Source: Cladosporium halotolerans (taxonomy: Eukaryota). From it: a DNA stretch of 64,000 nt. The stretch is from the NCBI RefSeq assembly GCF_011745625.1, contig NW_027191456.1:372001-436000 (forward strand). Reading direction: 5' to 3'. Shown here piece after piece: positions 12,701 through 23,834 of the stretch (the stretch's first letter is position 1; every line of letters begins with the position of its first letter). The notes beneath the pieces are model-generated. The model made no database searches and had not been told where the DNA came from. It worked only from the letters and a program-made list of their open reading frames with translations. The position numbers were made by a program, and so were the translations under genes.

Positions 12701-13053
12701 TGCAATCACTGGCGCTTGCTCAAGAGATGGATCCTGGATATTTATGTTAGCTGAAGTTACGCTTCCGCTTGATCTCAATCACTTACTGCTGGGCCTAATC
12801 CTTTACTGATGTAGAAATGTGCGGCAATGTCTGTATGTCTGTCGACCTCGACTGCTGTGTGTTCTTCAAAATCCGACGCTCCGCGCACGGGATAGCACAC
12901 GAGCGGACTCTGTCCTCCCTCACGTGCATGACTCCTAATAACACCGTCTATCGTCTGGAAACGCTCTATGGGAGGGTATATGCTGTGATCCATCCTACCA
13001 GCTGACTGAGCCGCCCGTTGGTTGGTCTTCGTGACCGTCATTGTTGAAGACAT
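9785..13053 (-). CDS. NRPS-like enzyme, A-T-R architecture (carboxylic acid reductase type)
   Basis: A domain LHSSGSTGFPKP, YGATETG, FRTADLF; T domain DIFSAGVDSLQ; reductase LITGATGNLG, GYGRSK, RIGQLSG; intron 12734-12786. Confidence 0.93.
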
Positions 13054-13696
13054 GGTGGAAAGGAGAGCACACGAGACTCAAGGCTTCAGGACGTAATGCG
13101 CTAGAGCGATAGTTTGGTGACCGACTGACGATCACATCTCGTGGCGAAGGCCATGCTTAAATGGACGCCGCTCGTACATTTATCCGTTTCCATCGGAAAA
13201 GGTTTCCGCAGTGAGGGGTGTGACGGCAAGACGGCAGGCACGGTGGGGAGCTGCTGTCGCAAGCCGTGCCATGGAATAGCTGTGAATCCAGGCGAGATGC
13301 TCATAGAAGAAATGCTCATATCAAGAAAGGGAAAAGTATATGTCTCGGTGGGCAGAAGTCGATCCGTTTCACTGGAGTTGATAGTGTGACAACGACGGAT
13401 ACCTCTGCAGCTGAATATCACCGTTCACGTATCATCACAGAACGATTCGAGCCCGGTCTGAAGATGTGTACTCAAGCAAGCAGGTCGATACCGTGGACTG
13501 CCAGTATTATTATAGTGTACATTACTGAGATCAACGTGCCGTTGTAGTGAAGGCGCGACCAGCTTCTTGGCGCGCGACCCTGAGGTCAAGGGCCAGCTTG
13601 CTCGCTCCATCACGCGCGCCGCGCGTTGTAGACCTGGAGCACATCCCACTCGCACCGTCATAGCTTGCTTCGCTTCTGTACAATCAACCCAGAATC

Positions 13697-15424
13697 ATGG
13701 CCGACGAGGACAAGGATAAGGCCGAGAAGGTCGCCGCGGCAAAGAAGCGCGTATGTGTTCATGAAGCGAACCATCGAGCGACAATAGACTGACATTTGCG
13801 CCAGTACGAGCAATTGAAGAAGCAGAAAGCGAAGGAGAACAAGAAAGGCGGAGGCAAAAAGAAGGCTGACAAGGCCGCTGCTGATGCCAAAACCGAAGAG
13901 CCTGTGCCTGCAGAAGAGGATGCCGACGACGCTGCCGCCGCCGAGCCAACTACCACGGAGGGAGACGAGAACACCGAGGCGACATCGGCGCCCAATGCGG
14001 ACGACGAGGAGAAGGGCGGAGACGCTACCGAGTCTGCAGAGGCTTCGCAAGAACCTTCAGAGTCTCAGCAATCAAAACAGCGCTCTGAATCGTTCAAGAA
14101 GGGCGACGCAGCTGGAAGCTCAAGCAGTCCTTCGGCTGAAGTGCAGGAGCTCTACCGCAAGCAAGCAGCACGCATAGAGGAACTGGAGAAAGAGAACAAG
14201 GACTTCAAGAGCTCGCAAGAAGAAAGTGCGGCGCGTTTGGCCAAATCGGAAGAGGAGCTAGAAAGCCTAAGGGAAAGCACCAGCGATGTGGCAGAGCTGA
14301 GGAGTAAAGCAAAGGAATCGGAAAAGATAAGCACCGAGCTCGCCTCAGTGCAAAGACAGCTTTCGCAAGCGCAACAAGCTGCGAAGGGCAAGGAAAGGAG
14401 GCAATCGGGACCCAGCCCCGAGGTCGCAGAGCAGTTGGCGACCAAGACTTCAACGATCGAATCGTTGGAGCTCGAGACAAGCAACCTCAGGAATCAAGTC
14501 AGCAGCTTGACTACGACGCTGACGGAGCGCGAGACTTCTGTGAAGGACCTCGAGCAACGTGCCACTTCAGCGGAGCACCAGGCCGAAGCCACAAAGCAGG
14601 AGCTCGACTCGCTGAAGGTTTCCATGTCCTTTGGCAACGAGGGCTCAGATGATAAGTCAAAGGATGACCCGGAAGCTCTTAATAAGCGCATTACCATCCT
14701 CGAATCCGACCTTCGCACTGCAAACACAAACCTCGAGGCTGCATCAGAGCGCGCAACAAGCCTTGAGCAAAAGATCGAGGCCCTGACAAAGCTCCACCGC
14801 GACGCCAGCGCCGCCGTGCAGGCCAAAGACAAGGAGCTAGGCGACGTGCGCGCCGAGCTCAAGCGCCGCGACCGCCCTTCGCATGTCCGCGACGCCAGCG
14901 ATTTCGACCTGCAGGACGAAGAGACCGAGACAGGCCAGCTGCAGGCGCGCATCCGCTCCCTCGAAGCCGAGAACTTTGACCTCAAGCGCGGCGTCTGGCG
15001 CGACCGCCGCGCGGAGATGCAGCCAGGCATGGACGAGCACGAGGCGTACGAAGACGTAGATCTCAACGCGCCGACTTCGCCTCACATGCCTCGGCAGTCG
15101 TCTACGTTCCAGGATGTCATCAGCAGCGGAATTTCAGCATTCACCGGACGGCCGCGCGAGTCGTCTCGAGGAGTCGCTAGCCCTCCTGCTGGTCAGATTG
15201 GCAACCGGCCTAGGAACCAGAGCTTGGGACTGCTCAGCGAGGATGGCTTCGACGAAGATGCTTTCCGTTTGGCGCAGGAGGAGGACGCCAAGAGGCGTAT
15301 TGAGCGCGTGAAGGAGGTCAAGAGGGGTCTGGAGCAGTGGAAGGGATGGAGGCTTGATTTGACGGACGTCCGGTCTGGCGGCGTTGGTGCCGGCAGGGAA
15401 TGCGGTCCGGTTTTCGAAATTTAA
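13697..15424 (+). CDS. Long coiled-coil protein (fungal 'M protein repeat'-type)
   Basis: MADEDKDKAEKVAAAKKR, intron 13751-13804, then YEQLKK; E/K/L-rich heptads; C-terminal RIERVKEVKRGL..WKGWRLDL...GPVFEI. Confidence 0.8.
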
Positions 15425-16025
15425 GCACAAGGACAGAGCCTGTGAACGATAGATGTACGGAAAGTGAGGATTGATACCCTTTCGTGTTACCTGAACGATC
15501 GAGTTATTCTTGGTGCAACGACGACTTCTCCCGGCCAGCAACGCTACAGTACTGCAACGGGGGTATCGGGATCGAAACTAAGAGTGACGTTCACGAGTGC
15601 TTTCAACGAATATTTCATCTCGAAGGGCAGGTCCCTAAAATGGCGTTCAAAGTGTCGGCCGCCTCAGGAAATCAACACTCATGCATGCAGCACTCTCGCC
15701 TCCGACGCTACACCGAAAGCATGAAAGGCTCTGCAGCGGGTCATCAAGCACTCGGTTCGATCATAGACTCCGCTTCGCATCCATCGCGTCTGATGGTTAT
15801 TGTCGCTAAACTAAACTAGTCCAACGTCTCAAGCGGTCCAAAAAAATGACGGCAAGTGGATGACAAAATGTAGTATTCAGACTTCCCGACAGTGAGTTCC
15901 CGGATTCATATCTTAACTCGTTCCTCGCTACTTATAAGCTGAAACACCACGAGGGACCAGCTTCCACATAGTTCATGGCCTAGAAGTACTTCCGACGCCA
16001 AATTTGCTGGAGCAAGCACCCAAGG

Positions 16026-16385
16026 ATGAATCTGATCATGGCTCTGAAACATGCCTTCGCGCTGCTATCCGCGACTGTGCCCGCCTTTGCTGGACGGAAT
16101 CCCGAGGAAGAGTGTGCCGTATCCTCTGGTCAGATCGGCGAGGTAGCCTACCGCTTCTTTTCCAGGGGCCGAAACTGCGCAACAATGTCAGATCTGGGAG
16201 CTATCGAGGCCGCGCTGCACGACCGATTCAGGATCCTTGATGCTGAGGATATACCTGATCCTGTGTGCAAGAAGTTCAATCCTAGCGAGGGCTGGGAAGG
16301 GTGGGTGCTGTATGGGCGAGCAGGTGTGGTGGATCTTACGGAGTACTGTGGGCCATCTATCCATGGGGATCGCGATGAGCTGTGA
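16026..16385 (+). CDS. Small Cys-containing secretory-pathway protein, possibly CSS2 C-terminal (DUF6736)-like; ends RDEL
   Basis: Hydrophobic signal-like N-terminus; 4 Cys; pattern YRF...GRNCAT......IEAA...C......GWEGWVLYG recalled as CSS2-like; 119 aa with no intron. Confidence 0.6.
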   Translation: MNLIMALKHAFALLSATVPAFAGRNPEEECAVSSGQIGEVAYRFFSRGRNCATMSDLGAIEAALHDRFRILDAEDIPDPVCKKFNPSEGWEGWVLYGRAGVVDLTEYCGPSIHGDRDEL

Positions 16386-16814
16386 GGCCGTCTGATAGGA
16401 GAGGCGGGATGCTGCTGTACAATTTCGTGCCGCCATCGTTGATTGCTGCTTCCTACGGAGGTCTGATGGGCTTGTTACCACGGGCCCGAGGAATTTCGAG
16501 ACTCAGTTGATGGATGTGGCAAGCACGAGTGCTTTGATCATGGGGAAACGGGCAGCTCATATCGACAGTTATACATGTGAGGCACGAGCGTGGACACTGC
16601 AGAAGCGAGAATATAACATAGACACCCATCATTGAGATCGTAATGGTACTTCTCGTCGGATTTACCGCCGCCGCACCCGCGATCAACGCGGCGCCCAACC
16701 TTGATCCTAATCGTAGCTCAAATGTAACATCATGTAGTCAGCCGACCGAACCGCCTAGCAACAAAAAACGACAAGCGCATTCGCAACGCCTCGAACGCCA
16801 TTGTACATGCAATC

Positions 16815-19025
16815 CTATCGCCTCTCCCAGTCTCCCATCCCCAACCCAGCCGGCGCAACCCCCGGACTCGCCAGACTAACGCTCAAAAACAAATCCTCGC
16901 CCCTCCTACTCGGCGTCAACTTCGGCTCCCACAACGGACTCTTCAGCACAATCTCCCTATCCGTCCTCAAAATCTTCGGCCCCGGAGTCTGCATCTCCGG
17001 CGTGTGAGGTGAATACTCGAGCGCTGGGTCCGGACCATAGCCAGTACCCGCGTAGCTCGGCTTGCGTTGGGAGACGGGCGGGCGAGCACCTGGCCGCCCT
17101 CGGACGCTGTTGGCGGGCTGGCCGTAGCCTTTCAGTGGCGAGGCTTGTGAGAGGGAGTTAGATCTGATGTGCAAGCCGTTGGACAGAGAGCTTGCGGCGG
17201 AGAGACCTAGCCGTTTCGCAGCGAGGGTAGAGCCGCTGAGGGAAGGTTGGTTTCGCAGGGGAGTGCTGGGTGGAGTAGTGCGAGGTTTGATCGGGGTCTG
17301 GTTTTCTTCTAAAGGCCAGACAGTGCTATGACGATATGCAGGTGACCTGGTTGGCTGAGGAGATCGAGGTACTGTTTGATTGCTGGATCTTGGGACTTTG
17401 GGATATTTGACTTGGTCGTCTGACTCTGCGACTGGTGACAGTCGACGATCTTGTTCTTCGGGAGGCGTAAGATCATCTGGGTCAGTACTCTCAAAAGAAG
17501 TTTCGGACCCTCCGGAACATCTGTAAGCTTTCGGTGGCCGACTCGGTTGGGTGGCTGTAACTGCGGAAGGCAGAGGCCGGCGTGGTGGCACGGCCCTGCT
17601 CCGAGGAGTGACCATCTCGAATGTCGGTTCGAATGTCGGTGATCGGCTATCAGGACTAGTATAGTAGTCTGGCATATAGCTTGGAACCGAACTAGGGGTA
17701 TCATTTCGTGAAGCGACCACCGGAAATGCATTCGACCTAGGCGGTCCAGCTGCTGCGCGAGCATCTTTGGGTGGAGGTGCAGGAGGGTTGCTCTTCAAAG
17801 GGAGTGGCGTTAACTCCTTCTTCACACTCTTTGAGGGGCTACTACAAGCCGTTTGTGGCTTGTGCAGTGGTACAGGCGCTTCTGTAAAGATTGCAGAGAA
17901 CGCTGGCCGCTCGGGCCTTTTCGGCACATTCTTGAGAACGGGCTTCGGTGCTTGTGGCATTAGGAGCATCGTCGCTGGGCTCAGAAGCTTCGGAGTTTTG
18001 CCATCTTCTTCAAAGATCGTTGCAGTGCTGAACATGCTTGCTGCTCTGGGAGGCTTATACTGAGGCTGAGGGGGTGTCTGGCCGGCCTTGTCAGGAAGCA
18101 GCTGGGAGACAGTTCGGAGGCTGTCATAGCTCCTACTTTCGGGCGACACAGAAGATTGGCTTCGCGAGACTGGTCTAATAGTGCAATCGGGATGTCGTCG
18201 ACTGACTTGCTGTTCATACCACTGTGAAGGTCCTGGGCCATCTTCTAGCTCGACTCGAGGCTTCGCAAACCCGCCCAAAGGCCCTCTCGGGTCGGCATGA
18301 CCATGCCGGAATGGCGAATGTCGAGGCGCACCCTTGTCGATGAAATCGAAAGACCCGTTTCGTGATTTTGGAGATCGAAGAGCTCGTCGCCGCTTGCACC
18401 ACACAAGCAAGTATATTAGTGCACCACCTAGGCACAAAGCTCCCATAGCTGCGATCGAAACGCCCACGGCTTGCGCTGTTGTCAAAGATGAAGACTGTTC
18501 CGAAAATTGAGTGGGAGCTGGAGGCGCTTGGGTCGTGTGATCCTGAACGTCTGGGCTTGCAGATGGTGGGCTTGTACCGGTCGTTGCAAGTGCGCCACTG
18601 TTTGTCCGAGCTATCGTGGATTGAATTACTGGGGTCGTCGCTGTTGACAATATCGAAGACACCCTCTGCTTGGACGTCGTTGCATAAGTGGGTAAGGTTA
18701 CTGTACTGTGCGTTGGAAGCACCGCGCTCGCCTCTCCCGAACAGATATTGTATAGTGCTCTGTTTTCCTCGCTGGACGAGTCCGCGCACTCGAAATACGA
18801 ACACCCATAAGCTAACTCTCCCAAAGTAAGGCCGTGGACGCTGTAACGTGAGCAGAAACAGGAGAGATCGTCAGAGTCGCAAGTGTATTCGTTTTCCTTG
18901 AAGAAGTTCAGACATTTCCTTGCACAGATGGGTATATTCTGCTCGTTGTGGCGAGGTATCAATGTTGGATAAGGAAAAATATCTCTGACGTTGGTAGAGA
19001 GTGTTGTCGGCAGCAGAGCGGCCAT
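16815..19025 (-). CDS. CFEM-domain single-pass membrane protein with long Pro/Ser-rich cytoplasmic tail
   Basis: PICARKCL...C...DLSCFCS...LGELAYGC...EC...ICS; Ser/Thr stalk; TM AVGVSIAAMGALCLGGALIYLLVW followed by KRRR; C-terminal LKSPLWEPKLTPSRRGEDLFLSV. True start uncertain (see findings). Confidence 0.8.
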   Translation of the reverse strand: MAALLPTTLSTNVRDIFPYPTLIPRHNEQNIPICARKCLNFFKENEYTCDSDDLSCFCSRYSVHGLTLGELAYGCSYFECADSSSEENRALYNICSGEASAVLPTHSTVTLPTYATTSKQRVSSILSTATTPVIQSTIARTNSGALATTGTSPPSASPDVQDHTTQAPPAPTQFSEQSSSLTTAQAVGVSIAAMGALCLGGALIYLLVWCKRRRALRSPKSRNGSFDFIDKGAPRHSPFRHGHADPRGPLGGFAKPRVELEDGPGPSQWYEQQVSRRHPDCTIRPVSRSQSSVSPESRSYDSLRTVSQLLPDKAGQTPPQPQYKPPRAASMFSTATIFEEDGKTPKLLSPATMLLMPQAPKPVLKNVPKRPERPAFSAIFTEAPVPLHKPQTACSSPSKSVKKELTPLPLKSNPPAPPPKDARAAAGPPRSNAFPVVASRNDTPSSVPSYMPDYYTSPDSRSPTFEPTFEMVTPRSRAVPPRRPLPSAVTATQPSRPPKAYRCSGGSETSFESTDPDDLTPPEEQDRRLSPVAESDDQVKYPKVPRSSNQTVPRSPQPTRSPAYRHSTVWPLEENQTPIKPRTTPPSTPLRNQPSLSGSTLAAKRLGLSAASSLSNGLHIRSNSLSQASPLKGYGQPANSVRGRPGARPPVSQRKPSYAGTGYGPDPALEYSPHTPEMQTPGPKILRTDREIVLKSPLWEPKLTPSRRGEDLFLSVSLASPGVAPAGLGMGDWERR

Positions 19026-19730
19026 CTTGCTATACCAAATGAGACTGACGCAAAGAAGGGGCTATGAGCATAGCGTGTCAATGAAATCAAACATTATCGC
19101 TGGACCAGCAGCGCGTTGAATCAATGAAATGGCAAAATATGAAATATGAAAGGACTCAAAGAAATCAAAAGAGACTCGTGAGCGTGTCCACAGCGCGTTG
19201 TGGTAGATGGCAGAGAAGGTTGCTGGCAAGGGAAAATGGAGAGTATACCACCATTCGAGCCTCGCTCGAACCAACAGGCGCGTGGCGCTGTTGCCGCCCA
19301 TTATTCCGTCATCAAGCGTTCTGCTACATGATGTAGCCGCTGAGAGCGTGTGTATGCAGTGTGCGAGCGAAGCGAGTGGTTGGTGGTGTCTGCAGGCGTT
19401 GTCTCGGCGGCACGCACGGACCTTCAGCATGATAGATCGGGGGAAAATGCTGCGCAGATGGTTGCTTGCCACGTCCAGGTTCCTGAACAAATCATTTGGG
19501 GCCTTCGCAAGAGATGATAGATGATGAGGACGTATGTAGCAGAAATGCACTAGCCGGGGCCTTCCTCCCTGCAAATCGAGACGCCATGCATCCAAACGAA
19601 CGCCCAATCGAATACCGGAACCCAAGTCCAATCCTAACTCCTCGCTTCAAATGAACGCAATGAAACCGCTCTGCTATTGACAGACGCAGGAAAATGACAG
19701 TGAGTGAAACTCATATCCACTTCGTCAAGC

Positions 19731-20666
19731 TCATCCACCTCCTGCCAGAGGCACGCCTCCAGGTAGGTCTTGGACCAACCAGTCAACGTTCCCTAACCAC
19801 CGCTCCAAATATGCCTTCTTCTCAGCCGTCGTCCTTGTATCGCCCAATTCTTCGTCCAGATCCATTGCATTGCCACTATCATGTGAGTGCGAGCGCACGT
19901 GTGGCGCGGAGCCTCCAATGGCTTTGCTTGGGGCATATTGCACCGTCGACATGTCCCGCTCAGCGCTCGTATCAAAGTGCGCGGCTTCAGGCATGAGGTA
20001 GAACGACAAGAATTCCATAGCGCGCACCCTCACGTCCTTCGCTGTCCCTCTGCTCTTCAGCAAGCTCGCCACTGTGACCAATCCATCCATGTCTTCGAAT
20101 GTACGTGTGTTCCGAGGGCACTCCAGCAAGACGGTCATCAAGACGTGCAAAGTCTGAGATTGCAAGGCGGGCGGGTTTGCGGAGTCGAGGAGGTCTAGTA
20201 GGATATTGAGGTATATCTCACGGCTGAAGAGTGATCGAGATGGCGGGTGGAGTAACAGCATACCCTGGAGCAGTTCCAGAGCGGAGAGGATAACGATGTC
20301 GTTGTCAGATGAGCCAGGCATGCCCAGGAGGCGTTCGAGAGTCGCAATAAGGCGGGAGGCCACTGATGTCGCATCTTGTCAGCTCCTGCAAAACTAGGAA
20401 GCGTTCGGTGTTTCAAGCGAGCTCTTACCATTGCATCTGAATCCCTCCTGTAACCTGAAAAACTCTCTGAACGCCGCATCCTCCCTCAGCACCCCGAGTC
20501 CCTTAGCCTCTGCCATACCATCACCGCCTTTCCTAGGCGAGCGCGCCGGCGCGCTCGACAGGCATATTTGCGCCAGGAGGCCTTCAATCTGTCGCAGGCC
20601 TTTCCTGATCTTGGTGGCATCCACAGACGAAATGTTGTCGAAGGCGAGTGAGAGGAGCGACTCCAT
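19731..20666 (-). CDS. cdc14: Septation initiation network component Cdc14 (S. pombe cdc14 type, not the phosphatase)
   Basis: MESLLSLAFDN...KIRKGLRQIEGLLAQIC, FREFFRLQEGF, LLLHPPSR.LF.RE, NTRTFE..DGL, EFL.FYLMPE; intron 20363-20428. Confidence 0.85.
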
Positions 20667-20986
20667 GGCTGGCGGATTGGCTGATCTGGCGGAAGAGCCG
20701 AGGATGAGCAGCTGTCTGTCGCACCTGGACGCCGTGGATATAATAAGATATCGGCGTTGGCAGCTAGGCGTTTAGTGCATGCACCCCGATCTTTTAGGTG
20801 CGATCTTGACGCAGAGATCCACTTGATTGTGTTGATTGTGTGGAATCGCGGCTCGGGCTCGCTTCCGCCGGCTGGCAGGGCAACGGCCAGTGCCCAAAGT
20901 TGGGGGCCTCAGGCAGTAATGACAGTGCCAAAATTGGAGCGATATATCAACTTATTGATATGATGATACGGGTACTGTTATGGCAG

Positions 20987-21716
20987 TTATCTGCTCTCTT
21001 TGATAATCTGCTCCAAAGCCTTCTGATATTCGTCGACTTCTTTGCACCCGATGAGAGTGATATCCCTCCTCTTTCCTTCGATGACGACATGCGGCACTGA
21101 ATCGATGGCATTACCAGTCTGCTCTCTCACAGCCATCTTCACGTCCATAAGACCGTCGTCTGGATCCTCCACGAATGGCTTGGCTTCGCGCTCGTCAATA
21201 CCAGCCTCACTTGTAGCACTCAGTAGCGTCTCAGCCGAACTCGGATGCTTCTCCTCTTCGAAATACTGGCGGTAGAGGCTGTCAATTAACTTGTCCGCGA
21301 CCTCTGGTCCCTTCGTTTCTTGGAAGTGCTGAATGACTCTGTGGGCTTGCAAGGTGTTTGCCACCGTGCCGCCAAACTTGTAGCGAATGCCCTCCGTCTC
21401 GCCGTACGCGGTCATCAAGGCGATGTACATCTTTATTTTCTCCTCGCTGTCGCCATACTTTGACCTCTTGTACCACTCATACTTGCCCTCGCCTTCTTGC
21501 GAAGCCTCGGGGAACAACTGGTACGGTTTGTATTCTACAGTGAATGTCACAGGGCAATCTGATGGCAGGGCAGCGAGAGCGCGAGAAAGGCGCCGCTTAG
21601 CGAGGTAGGTCCTGAAGAAGTGAGCGACTGAAGATCGATAAAGCATATGCAAGGGCGTAGATCTACCATGGGCAAATGGTGTCGAGGGTAAACTGGATTT
21701 GCGACGAGTATGCCAT
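20987..21716 (-). CDS. DSBA-like (FrnE-type) thioredoxin-fold protein
   Basis: MAYSSQIQFTLDTICPW, intron 21612-21666, then TYLAKRRL; KPYQL, NTL.AHR and cis-Pro loop DSVP. Confidence 0.85.
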
Positions 21717-22530
21717 TGTGAGGGACAAGGCTGGTCGATCCGCCGTTCCGATGAGTCCGAGGGCGTGGCGTGGTGTCCTGTTCTGGGCAATACGGCTGAC
21801 GCAAGGTTTGAGACAATCAACCACAGCGGCCTTGTGTTGATGACCGCGCACGAGATATCAGCACGTGTGGCGTATTGTTCAGCCATCGTGTTGTGTTCCC
21901 TGCCACTCGACATTCACGGAGGATCTGGGCCGAGGATCGACGCCGGCCCGTGGGGGGCGATCATGCGGGGGCTGCCGCTGGCTGCTGTGAGACAACGCTC
22001 GTCTGCCTGACAACCCGCCTCGAACGCCACTCTTCCCTCCGTGCTACTGTTCATGCGACGCTTCAGCAGAACTTGTATTTGTGAACAAACTATCAGTGGT
22101 AGGAAAGTTGAATCCGATTCGGATAAACACAATACGTGCAGCAGATTTGCCATGTGTTGCAATACAATGCTGTCATCAATGGCCGGGTGAGACAAAGCCA
22201 ACCGCATGCTGACTCCCAGCCCCCCAGCTATCTTGAGCCTCCAAACCTTCCAGCCCGCTGTGGTATGGCTATACCACACCTCTCGAAACAGAGAGGTTGT
22301 AAGGCTGGATCGCCTCCAGCCCCCCGTTCGCCCATCATGCCGCCATTCGAGTACCATGCATATAAGGTCATTCTTCTCTCTCCGACGGTTGATCATCACC
22401 AAACTCTGTACAACAATCTTCCTTCCAACAAGAGCAATCGTCAACTCTTCAGCACGCCTTGATATTCTGAAGCCGAGCACTTCTTGCCTACCCATCACAA
22501 GAACTTCGCTTCGCCTCACAACTATCAAGG

Positions 22531-23268
22531 ATGTCTTTCTCCACTGCTGTCCTCATCGCCACCGTGGCCTCCATCGCCGGCGCAAGCCCCAACCCAGAAT
22601 GGACCAACACTTGGTGGACTCCCTCAAGTGCCATCGCGACCTCGACCTCTGCGCAATCCGTCTGGGCTCCTAGCAGCAGCTCATCACCTCCTGCCTGGTC
22701 TCCCAGCTCGAGCTGGGCCCCCAAGGTCAACGTCAGCACCTCCACAAGCTACACCAGCACAGTCTACGTGACCAAGCCCACCACTGCCACAACCACCGTG
22801 GACTGCGGCAAGGGCACCATGATCTACGGCAACGGCACCGCGCCCGTCCACAAGCCCACAGAGATCCCTCACTCCTGGCCTACCGACCTCCCCTCCGACT
22901 GGACCAAGATGATCCCATCTTCCGTCGCCTCCATCCTCCCGCCCCAGATGAGCGGCTCCGGCGGCATCGCGACCACCAACTGCGCCAACGCCTCCACCAC
23001 CTACACATACACCTACACGCCCTCCGGCGGCAAGCCCAAGAAGACCTCCTCATCCGCACCCTCAAAGCCCACCTCCGACTCGCACCCCTCCACTCCCTCC
23101 GAGGTGCCCGCGCACCCCGACGGCGGCGACGACTCCTCGGACAGCTCGCGCCCCTCCGGCTCCGGCTTCGACGCCGGCAGCGTCTCGGCCGGCTCGAGGC
23201 CCGACGTCGCCTACGTCGGCACCGTGCTCACCCTCGGCGCGATGGCCATGGCCGCATTCCTGCTATGA
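22531..23268 (+). CDS. Ser/Thr/Pro-rich putative GPI-anchored cell-surface protein
   Basis: Signal peptide MSFSTAVLIATVASIAGA; low-complexity S/T/P body; hydrophobic C-terminus VGTVLTLGAMAMAAFLL after small residues. Confidence 0.8.
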   Translation: MSFSTAVLIATVASIAGASPNPEWTNTWWTPSSAIATSTSAQSVWAPSSSSSPPAWSPSSSWAPKVNVSTSTSYTSTVYVTKPTTATTTVDCGKGTMIYGNGTAPVHKPTEIPHSWPTDLPSDWTKMIPSSVASILPPQMSGSGGIATTNCANASTTYTYTYTPSGGKPKKTSSSAPSKPTSDSHPSTPSEVPAHPDGGDDSSDSSRPSGSGFDAGSVSAGSRPDVAYVGTVLTLGAMAMAAFLL

Positions 23269-23834
23269 GCGCGGCATCTTGAGTGCTCTGGCTTCTTAAT
23301 GTCTAATCGGATCGGAGCCTTGATTCTTTCTCATCACGTTCATGGATAATGCGTTCAAGCTTTGGGATACCACATTACTATTATTACTTGGAGTTGGGTT
23401 TACTGCATGGCGACGGAGCATGGTGGCTTTCTTCCTTTTTATATCATCGGGATCGGCTGTATAGTGATCCATTTACATTGATGTAGACAAAGACAAAAAC
23501 AATTCAAACATTCACCAATCATCCTTGCTATTCCCTCTCGTGCTGATCAACTCATGTCCAATTCGACTGTGCATTGTAACATTCGCATCTTCCATCAGCA
23601 CGACGTGGACGACCTCAGAACAGGTATAGATTCACAATCCGGCGAAGACAACGCTGGCGCTTTGTGTATCGTTCGTTATGGTATACTGTGTGTATGTGCT
23701 TTTCTTCTCCCCAATCGCCAGCCCGGATCCCATCCAAAGCCAAAATCGCGATATTAGAGCCGTTGGTATCGTGATTCAAACGCATCGTGTCCCCTTCATG
23801 CACCCATAACTTCTTCCTTCCCTTGCGCACTCCT

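Noticed and set aside
17618..17640. GGTTCGAAT (tRNA B-box-like) within a short direct repeat
   Set aside because: Lies inside the CFEM coding sequence (PTFEPTFE); no cloverleaf or A-box.
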